Shown here one piece after another: positions 57,670 through 64,000 of a stretch of DNA of 64,000 bases. The notes beneath the pieces are model-generated. The model was not told the DNA's origin and did no database searches. It saw only the letters and a program-made list of their open reading frames with translations. The stretch's first letter is position 1. Each line of letters opens with the position of its first letter. The position numbers and the translations under genes are program-made. The DNA comes from an uncultured Gammaproteobacteria bacterium (lineage in GTDB: Bacteria; Patescibacteriota; Patescibacteriia; Patescibacteriales; UBA12465): NCBI GenBank assembly GCA_964539545.1, contig CAZIJG010000004.1, forward strand, positions 8,054 through 72,053, written 5' to 3'.

Positions 57670-58275
57670 ATGAAATTATTACTAACCTCGACGGGACTGG
57701 CAAACGAAAATGTAAAGAGTAGATTTATCTCTTTATTTAATAAAGATTTTTCCAAAATTAAACTATTATTTGTTGTTTCTGCCGCTGAAAAACCAAAAGA
57801 GAAGTGGTATATTAATAAAAGCGAAGAGGAGCTATTAGCTCTAGGGATTAAGAAAGAGAATTTTGTAACTTATCACACTGGACAAAAGTCAAGTAAAGAA
57901 GTTCTAGATACTGTTGATTTGATATATGTTTGTGGTGGTAATACTTTTCTTCTCCTAGAAGAAATAAAAAAAAGTGGTTTAGACAAAGATATAATTGGAA
58001 TGATTAAAAAGGAAGTATTTTATATTGGTGCTAGTGCTGGTAGTCTTATCGTTACTCCTAATATTAAAATAGCTGAGCCTTGGGATCCAAATGTTAATGG
58101 TTTAAAAGATTTAAGTGGCTTTAATTTAACAGATTTTACGATTGCTCCTCATTATACCAAAGAGGAGGAAAAAAATATTAAGAATATGGAAAGTATTTTA
58201 GGGATAGAGGTAAAAAGGATAACCGATGATCAGGCTATATTATTGATAGACGATAATATAGAGGTTATCAATTAA
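57670..58275 (+). CDS. peptidase S51 (dipeptidase E-like)
   Basis: YVCGGNTFLLL and IGASAGSLIV (Ser nucleophile) motifs; TGtTATAAT at 57631-57639. Confidence 0.7.
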   Translation: MKLLLTSTGLANENVKSRFISLFNKDFSKIKLLFVVSAAEKPKEKWYINKSEEELLALGIKKENFVTYHTGQKSSKEVLDTVDLIYVCGGNTFLLLEEIKKSGLDKDIIGMIKKEVFYIGASAGSLIVTPNIKIAEPWDPNVNGLKDLSGFNLTDFTIAPHYTKEEEKNIKNMESILGIEVKRITDDQAILLIDDNIEVIN

Positions 58276-58279
58276 TAAT

Positions 58280-58748
58280 ATGGTAGAAATTAAAAACTTA
58301 TGTAATTTTTTAGTAAAAGCTAAAAAAGCTATATATGCCAGTGGTGATGAGAATACTAAAATAAAAGAAAGTGATAAATCAACTACTTTGATTTTTGAAG
58401 AAGGAGACTTTAAATATCATGATAACTATTTTGGTGGAGAGCCTTATGGGGGGTAGAGAAGTTGTATTCTTTCAAGATGATCCTATTTATATAATGACTT
58501 ATTATGGATGGGTTAATAAGAACATTTCTAATATTGGCGAGGTCTATAAAGTATTGCAGAAGGCTCTATCTTTAATACCAGAAGATAAGCCATATCGTGG
58601 TCCAAAAGAATATACTGAAGGAGATTATATCTATTCTAACAATTTTACTGGCGAGGTAGATAATTTTTTTGGAGAAGAGACTCTCAAGTATAAGGGCAAG
58701 GAAATATATAAAGCTAAATATACAGGTGGGCTAGTTGATCAAAGATAG
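58280..58748 (+). pseudogene. DUF5680-like gene split by a frameshift in a G6 run
   Basis: Frame 1 (58280..58456) ends ...YHDNYFGGEPYGG*; the +1 frame continues GGREVVFFQDDPIYIMTYYGWV... (track ORF 58395..58748); removing one G at 58448-58453 fuses them. Confidence 0.6.
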
Positions 58749-58753
58749 GAGTT

Positions 58754-58868
58754 GGATTCGAACTGAATTATAATTTAGATTTTTAAAAATATTTAGCTAA
58801 TATTAGATATGGTAGTAGATATTTGTATTATTAAATCGACCTCTAGTTCGAATTGTATTCTCGGAGCA
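58754..58868 (+). repeat. junction unit H: strongly degenerate arm + core variant (TTCGAATTGTATTCTCGGAGCA, 58847-58868)
   Basis: Retains TTAGCTAATATTAG and T-loop-like TTCGAA; abuts a promoter module. Confidence 0.55.
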
Positions 58869-58872
58869 AATC

Positions 58873-58902
58873 TTGACAAATAGTGTATCTAAATGGTACA
58901 CT
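58873..58902 (+). promoter_or_regulatory. cassette promoter module copy 4
   Basis: TTGACA (58873-58878), 18 nt, TACACT (58897-58902), then TTTTTGATAT. Confidence 0.55.
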
Positions 58903-58944
58903 TTTTTGATATTTCAATTTATTGTTCATTAAAATTAAATTAGT

Positions 58945-60126
58945 ATGGCTAGAACTGGTAAGGCACTATCGCCTATATTTGTTAAAAATTTAGTTATTAA
59001 AGTGGCTAGGCGTGAGGGTATTCTTTTAAACGAAAATAGATTAGATGCAATTGATAAAATTTTATCAACTTTACCGCCTAACCCCAATCCCACTTGGATT
59101 ATTAGGTGGTATAGTTACAAAACTAAGAAAGAAATTTTGAAACGTTTTCAGTATAAATTAAAAGCTAAAGTTTTGTGTACTGGAGTTTATAAGGAAATTT
59201 TTTATTTTCTTAATCAAGACGAGTTTATTCGTTTAACCCAATTGTTAATTTCTAACCCACCAGAAAAAATTAATCCTCAATGGATTAGAAAAAATGCTTA
59301 CGCATTGTCTGTATCTATTAGGCGTACTTGTGCAGGAGTGAGAACCCTTGATGGTCGAATTGACTGGGAATTTGTTTTTAAGAAATTAAAAGTAAATAAT
59401 TTTTGTTACCGGAAGACAATTCCTCGAAGAGGTGATAAAGAGAAAATTATAAAGGATTTAGTTAATGTATTAGAGACGGAAGACCCAGAGATTTTTTATT
59501 ATGAATGGTTAGAAAAAAATTGTGGACCGATTGCAAAACAATTACAGATAATGTTCAAAAGTAATTGGTTATTTGTAATATCCCTATTAGATAAAAAATG
59601 GCAGAAACGCTGGCGTTATTATGGGGCTGTACAATCAGTCGATTGGTACATTAATAGGAAAGAGTTTAGCAGAGTTCTCGAAAGGTATCGCCATAAATTA
59701 TATTTGGTATATGTTGATATTAAGAGTGAGAGAAATTTACGTAATAAAATGATGTTAGATTTTTTGTTTATTGTTCAGAAAGGTAATTTATTAGCTAGGG
59801 ATTTTTTAATAGATAGCGTGAAATTGACCTTGTATGATAGTGATCAGTTATCCGATTGGCATAAGTTTAACGGTTTATTAGAGGAAAAAATAGAAAGATG
59901 TATTTTACGATTTGATTTAGTCAAAGGTGATAATTTTTATAATTATTTGTATAAATCAGTTAAATTTTTTGCTTTACCCTTTGTTGGTCTAAACGCCTTT
60001 TCCATTAATGAATCTACTTGTGATTCTTCTCAAGAAATTTCTGAATCTCTATTAACACAATCTCAGAAGGAAGATGTTGAGGAGTTTATCCGCGGCATTA
60101 AGTTAGCCTTAGTGCAGGAAAATTAA
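58945..60126 (+). CDS. hypothetical protein
   Basis: 393 aa ORF, Trp/Arg-rich, no motif recognised. Confidence 0.5.
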   Translation: MARTGKALSPIFVKNLVIKVARREGILLNENRLDAIDKILSTLPPNPNPTWIIRWYSYKTKKEILKRFQYKLKAKVLCTGVYKEIFYFLNQDEFIRLTQLLISNPPEKINPQWIRKNAYALSVSIRRTCAGVRTLDGRIDWEFVFKKLKVNNFCYRKTIPRRGDKEKIIKDLVNVLETEDPEIFYYEWLEKNCGPIAKQLQIMFKSNWLFVISLLDKKWQKRWRYYGAVQSVDWYINRKEFSRVLERYRHKLYLVYVDIKSERNLRNKMMLDFLFIVQKGNLLARDFLIDSVKLTLYDSDQLSDWHKFNGLLEEKIERCILRFDLVKGDNFYNYLYKSVKFFALPFVGLNAFSINESTCDSSQEISESLLTQSQKEDVEEFIRGIKLALVQEN

Positions 60127-60128
60127 CC

Positions 60129-60154
60129 AAGCCCATTAAAATAGTGGGCTTTTA
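60129..60154 (+). terminator. cassette terminator
   Basis: GCCCA/TGGGC stem plus TTTT. Confidence 0.65.
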
Positions 60155-60168
60155 TATTATTTAAATTT

Positions 60169-60367
60169 CCATCACCTCTCTTTGTATTGTCAGCGAAACA
60201 AAAAATTGTGACGCTATTGTGACTGAAAGATGATTAAAGGTGGTAAATACTAATAATTCCTGGCGACTTAGAACAGGGAAGAATAATCGCTAACATTACG
60301 ATAATTTAGCTAGTATTAGCAACAATATTTGATAGTTTATTTGGTGCTTCGAATCTGATTCCGAGAT
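60169..60367 (+). repeat. junction unit I: arm + diverged core (TTCGAATCTGATTCCGAGAT)
   Basis: ATTGTGACGCTATTGTGAC at 60205-60223; core variant at 60348-60367. Confidence 0.85.
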
Positions 60368-60369
60368 TA

Positions 60370-60398
60370 TTGACAAAAATATATCGACATGGTATGTT
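60370..60398 (+). promoter_or_regulatory. cassette promoter module copy 5
   Basis: TTGACA (60370-60375), 17 nt, TATGTT (60393-60398), then TTTTTTGATAC. Confidence 0.6.
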
Positions 60399-60447
60399 TT
60401 TTTGATACTTAATATATTATTTAACATTCAAAAAAGCGGAGGTAGTA

Positions 60448-61005
60448 ATGAATTGGTCAGTTTTTTTAATTGTAGTTCTTTTAAATTCTTTACTTTGCTC
60501 ACTTCAATACTTAGTAGAGCGAATAGATAAAACAAAAGGTAGAATTGTGCCACGACATTCTATTATTCCTGGAACAGACCAAAAATTTCTTTATTGGGAA
60601 GATTTTTATACTCAAACCTATGGAGATTTTTTTGGACTAGTATGGATAATGAATGGTTTTGCTCATTTATTAATAAAGGGGCAGATTACGAGTTTGGAGT
60701 GGTTTATTTTTATATTTTTTACTTTAGTTTCTATATTTATTTTCTTGTATTCAAATTTGAAATCAGGGCATAAACCAGACTGGGGATATCCATCTCAAGG
60801 CAGGATTAGTTGGGGTGGAATTACACATTTACCCTATTTTGGTAGCTTATTTGCTATGTCAATCCTGTGTTTAATAAATATTTTTAGTGGTGAAATAAGA
60901 GGAGTCTTACTTTGGACAACTTTAAGCGGCGGGTTTATTTATATAATCACCATAATCGTAGATATTAAATTAGGACATTTTGACTCAATCAAGAATTATA
61001 AATAA
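60448..61005 (+). CDS. hypothetical membrane protein
   Basis: 5-6 TM; SD GGAGG 7 nt upstream. Confidence 0.5.
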   Translation: MNWSVFLIVVLLNSLLCSLQYLVERIDKTKGRIVPRHSIIPGTDQKFLYWEDFYTQTYGDFFGLVWIMNGFAHLLIKGQITSLEWFIFIFFTLVSIFIFLYSNLKSGHKPDWGYPSQGRISWGGITHLPYFGSLFAMSILCLINIFSGEIRGVLLWTTLSGGFIYIITIIVDIKLGHFDSIKNYK

Positions 61006-61118
61006 GAATAATTCTGAAAAATAAAAGAATAAAAATATTATAAGGAAGTTTAATATTGAACTTCCTTTTTTCTTACTTAAAAGTCAATCTTAGTATATCA
61101 ATCTTATCAATATTGAAG

Positions 61119-61146
61119 TTTTGAAGTAAGTTCACTACCGAGAGCA
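61119..61146 (+). repeat. variant core X2
   Basis: TTTTGAAGTAAGTTCACTACCGAGAGCA, close to the X1 core at 57434-57462. Confidence 0.5.
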
Positions 61147-61245
61147 TCGTTCAAAAATGCTTACTTTATAGGTATTTTTGTGTATATTCTGGTTTAAATC
61201 CTTGTTTGGCACTTTACTATTATGGTATAATTTTTATATAAATCA

Positions 61246-61599
61246 ATGAATAAAAATATGGAAATTATAAAAAATAAAGAATGGATTAGAGGCAAGGAAT
61301 ATCGTAAGAGGATTTTGTTAGACAATTTCAGTAAAAATATTAATCTAATTGAAGATGTAATAATCCAGGCTCATGGAAGAGTTCCTTTACATTATCATGA
61401 TTTTACTGATGAAATTTTTTATATTGTTAAAAATTCAGCTGTTATGATTATTGATGATGAAAAATTTAAAGTTAGTGAAGGCGACATGATTTATGTGAAT
61501 AAAAACGAAAAACATGGTTTTGAAAATAAAAACGATTTAGAGCTAAAAATGATTGTTATGAAAATTAATTTTCAGAAGGGTGACTCCTATTTAAAATAG
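61246..61599 (+). CDS. cupin-domain protein
   Basis: HYHDFTDEIFYIV...EGDMIYVNKNEKHGFEN two-motif cupin pattern; TGgTATAAT at 61223-61231. Confidence 0.7.
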   Translation: MNKNMEIIKNKEWIRGKEYRKRILLDNFSKNINLIEDVIIQAHGRVPLHYHDFTDEIFYIVKNSAVMIIDDEKFKVSEGDMIYVNKNEKHGFENKNDLELKMIVMKINFQKGDSYLK

Positions 61600-61605
61600 C
61601 TCTAA

Positions 61606-61775
61606 CATAGTCCGTTCCCTCGAGCCAATACATTTTTGGTGCAGTAGACCGATATATATCGTTTAATGTTAGCCAAGAAGCAAAAAAGCATGACTCAGGT
61701 TATGTTTTTTTTGTTGTAATTAAATGGATAAGAAAGAATCGTAAATAAGAGGTATTGTGAGCTCGGATCCCATGG
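61606..61775 (+). repeat. variant junction unit X3
   Basis: CATAGTCCGTTCCCTCGAGCCA, then ~150 nt collinear with X1. Confidence 0.55.
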
Positions 61776-61993
61776 GAAGTAATTTAAAAGATTAGCATTT
61801 TGGATTTTTTAAATGAATAATGATGTAGGTTTGGGTTTTATTTAAAAAGGAGTAATTTGATATTATGTAGTAGTAGTTTTTATTTTTAGGCATGGTAATT
61901 GACAAAATATATTTATGGGTATACACTCATAATATAATAATTAATATATATCGTAATTATTGTTTGATGATTTTACGAAATATAAATAAATGT

Positions 61994-62155
61994 ATGCCAA
62001 ATATGGATAAAACAGGTCCTCAGGGAAAAGGCCCTAGAACTGGGAGAGGTTTTGGTAAGTGTAACTCTGACTCAAAAGATTTACTAAGACCTCGCGGTAG
62101 GGGTTATGGTAGAGGAATAGGGAGGGGATTTGGTCAAGACGCTAAAACTGATTAA
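61994..62155 (+). CDS. DUF5320-like Gly/Arg-rich small protein
   Basis: MPNMDKTGPQGKGPRTGRGFGKC...; ATG at 61994 preferred over the track start 61892. Confidence 0.55.
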   Translation: MPNMDKTGPQGKGPRTGRGFGKCNSDSKDLLRPRGRGYGRGIGRGFGQDAKTD

Positions 62156-62218
62156 AAAAATTCGAATAGTTTGTGTTTTAATAAATCATTCTAATTTTAT
62201 TTTGTTAAATAAAAATTT

Positions 62219-62521
62219 ATGGTAAATAATACAAAAAAATTATTAGGAAGACCAAAGAGAAACAGGAAGGTAGAGTTTGATCATCGAATTAATTTTTATA
62301 AACCCCAAGGTGTTCCGTTAAAAAATTTAGAGATTATTGAATTATCATTTGAAGAATTGGAGGCCCTAAGACTCAAAAATGTAGAAAAGAAAAGTCAAGA
62401 TGAATGTGCAAATATTATGAAAACTTCTCAAAGCACTTTTCAACGGATTTTATCTGAGGCCTATAGGAAAATAAGTAAAGGATTAATAGAAGGAAAGGCT
62501 ATAAAGATTTCTGTAGATTAA
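62219..62521 (+). CDS. DUF134 (UPF0251) putative DNA-binding protein
   Basis: GRPKRNRKV...FYKPQGVPL...LSFEELEALRL...SQDECANIMKTSQSTFQRIL. Confidence 0.7.
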   Translation: MVNNTKKLLGRPKRNRKVEFDHRINFYKPQGVPLKNLEIIELSFEELEALRLKNVEKKSQDECANIMKTSQSTFQRILSEAYRKISKGLIEGKAIKISVD

Positions 62522-62545
62522 ATAACATAAATAAATATTAAAAAT

Positions 62546-63505
62546 ATGTATAAAAAAAATGTTTTAATAACAATATTATTAGTTTTTTTGATAATTTCTC
62601 TAGCAGTAATATTAGTTTCTTTCTCTAAGACAGAAAATAATCAATTATTAGTAGGTGATGATCAAAAAGCTAAAGGGATTATGGTTCTTATTGAATTTAA
62701 GGATACTGTTGGTTTAAAAAACTTTACAGATGAGATGCAGAAAAGAGATATTAAGGGGCTTCTAATGGTTACTCCTGAATTTGTTAAAGATAATTGTAAT
62801 GATATAAAAGAAGTAATGCAAAAGGGAGTAGAGATTGTTGGGACTAATGTTGAGAAACCTTTTTGGGATGTTTCCTATGAAGATCAAAAATCAAGAATTA
62901 TTGAAATGACTAAAAATATAGAGACCTGCACTGGTATGCCTGTTAGAATTATCTCTTCTCGTTATATGGCTTCAGATATGACTACTTTAAGAGTGGCTGA
63001 CGAGTTGGGTATCCCTTATGTTACAGCCAGGGGGACAACGGATACAAAGGCAACAGTATATGAAATAGAGGGCTATAATACGAAAATATTATCAATTTCT
63101 AATATTCCAATAGCTACTTTTAAGTATGGCAGTCTATGTGATTATTCATTTTTTGAAAGAGCAGGGACTCCTGGAGATATGAGAGCAGAGCTGGATAGGG
63201 CATTTGAGCCCTTAACAAGTAAAGAAAAGGCGAGATATGGTTCTAATCATAAGGTAACACCAGTATCACATACCTGGATTGGTGGATATCTAAAGCCTTG
63301 GAATGATATGTGGCTTAATTTTTGGGATGAATCAAAAGAGAATGTTAATTGGGTGTCTTTAGATGAATTTATGTCTGATTCAGATTGGGTATTACCATTA
63401 TGGCAAATTCCTATTAATAAAAATGCGCCATATACTCCAGAGAAAATGAAACCTTTAGTATCTTTTGAGGATGAAGAAAAAATACAAAATGTTTGTGGGG
63501 AATAA
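62546..63505 (+). CDS. hypothetical membrane-anchored protein
   Basis: N-terminal TM anchor; no confident motif. Confidence 0.45.
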   Translation: MYKKNVLITILLVFLIISLAVILVSFSKTENNQLLVGDDQKAKGIMVLIEFKDTVGLKNFTDEMQKRDIKGLLMVTPEFVKDNCNDIKEVMQKGVEIVGTNVEKPFWDVSYEDQKSRIIEMTKNIETCTGMPVRIISSRYMASDMTTLRVADELGIPYVTARGTTDTKATVYEIEGYNTKILSISNIPIATFKYGSLCDYSFFERAGTPGDMRAELDRAFEPLTSKEKARYGSNHKVTPVSHTWIGGYLKPWNDMWLNFWDESKENVNWVSLDEFMSDSDWVLPLWQIPINKNAPYTPEKMKPLVSFEDEEKIQNVCGE

Positions 63506-63580
63506 ATTATTGAATGGATTAGAAAAACCGGGTTCTTTGGGGCCCGATAGTTTATCATTTATATAAATTAATTTAAAAAT

Positions 63581-63922
63581 ATGAAAATTGCAATTAGTTC
63601 AAAAACTAAGGATATTAATGATAAAATTGATGAGACTTTTGGTCGTTGTCCCTATTTTATTATCGCTGAAATTAAAGATAAGAAGATAGAAAAAATTGAA
63701 GTGATGGAAAATAAAAATATTAATCAAACAACTGGAGCAGGAGTCTCTACGGCTCAATTAGTTACTGAAAAAGAAGTCAAAGCGGTTATTACTGGAAATG
63801 TTGGACCGCGGGCATTGGATGTTTTAAATCAGTTTAATATTAAAATTTATATTGGCAAAGGAACTATTAAAGAAGCAATTGATAGTTTTATTAATAATGA
63901 ATTAGAAGAAATAAAAAAATGA
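63581..63922 (+). CDS. NifB/NifX-family (dinitrogenase FeMo-cofactor-binding-like) domain protein
   Basis: MKIAISS...FGRCPYFII...AVITGNVGPRALDVLNQFNIKIY. Confidence 0.7.
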   Translation: MKIAISSKTKDINDKIDETFGRCPYFIIAEIKDKKIEKIEVMENKNINQTTGAGVSTAQLVTEKEVKAVITGNVGPRALDVLNQFNIKIYIGKGTIKEAIDSFINNELEEIKK

Positions 63923-64000
63923 AAATAGTAATTCCCACAAATAATAGAATAGGTTTAAATGACAAAATAGCTGAACATTTTGGACGTTGTTTAACCTACA
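63919..64000 (+). CDS. second NifX-like domain protein, 5' part (runs off window)
   Basis: MKIVIPTNNRIGLNDKIAEHFGRC; ATG overlaps the preceding stop (ATGA). Confidence 0.55.
   Translation, partial: MKIVIPTNNRIGLNDKIAEHFGRCLTY

Noticed and set aside
48472-60367. Regularly spaced direct repeats that could be mistaken for a CRISPR array
   Set aside because: The repeat units are ~200 bp rather than 25-40 bp. The spacers are 0.4-2 kb and contain full genes with promoters and terminators. No cas genes are present.
41532-60367. Classical integron (IntI + attI + attC cassettes)
   Set aside because: The repeats show no attC-type imperfect palindrome with R''/L''-L'/R' boxes (GTTRRRY). They are long, almost identical in primary sequence, and end in a tRNA fragment. 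Cassettes carry their own promoters. The recombinase sits next to a tRNA with an excisionase, as phage-type integrases do. The region is integron-like in topology only.

Overview
AT-rich bacterial window that looks like a Candidate Phyla Radiation (Patescibacteria)-type genome: S5 abuts L15 with no L30, and many housekeeping proteins carry Lys/Glu-rich tails. Positions 1-41.4 kb are conserved core. They hold the prfB 3' end, comEC, rpmB (below the ORF-track size cutoff), an M50 protease, the str operon (rpsL-rpsG-fusA-tuf), and the S10/spc ribosomal superoperon through secY. These are followed by two tandem CaCA antiporters, map, ruvX, recO, aspS, asnS, a small accessory trio, tRNA-His-hisS-HAL, a ybaK-like gene, scpA/scpB, a DD-carboxypeptidase, and dnaG-rpoD. 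At 41.4 kb a tRNA-Asn(GTT) gene opens a ~20 kb accessory region, which is the main candidate for something new. It starts with a minus-strand mobility module (tyrosine integrase, excisionase-like HTH, pC194-type HUH rolling-circle Rep). At least 9 plus-strand gene cassettes follow. Most cassette boundaries carry a highly conserved ~200 bp non-coding unit ending in the last 22 nt of tRNA-Asn; a few copies are collapsed or degenerate. Several cassettes begin with a conserved TTGACA-N17-TATGCT promoter module, and others begin with relics of an integrase 3' end. The topology is integron-like (one divergent recombinase, unidirectional cassettes, one conserved recombination site), but the site is a lambda-style arm plus tRNA core, not attC. 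The alternative reading is tandem accretion of sibling integrative elements that lost their mobility modules. Cargo includes defence-like genes (DUF4145, NERD), TspO, a CPBP protease, peptidase S51, and many orphans. The window ends in a DUF5320-DUF134-NifX-like cluster. All calls come from reading the sequence and the supplied translations by eye; no database search was run.
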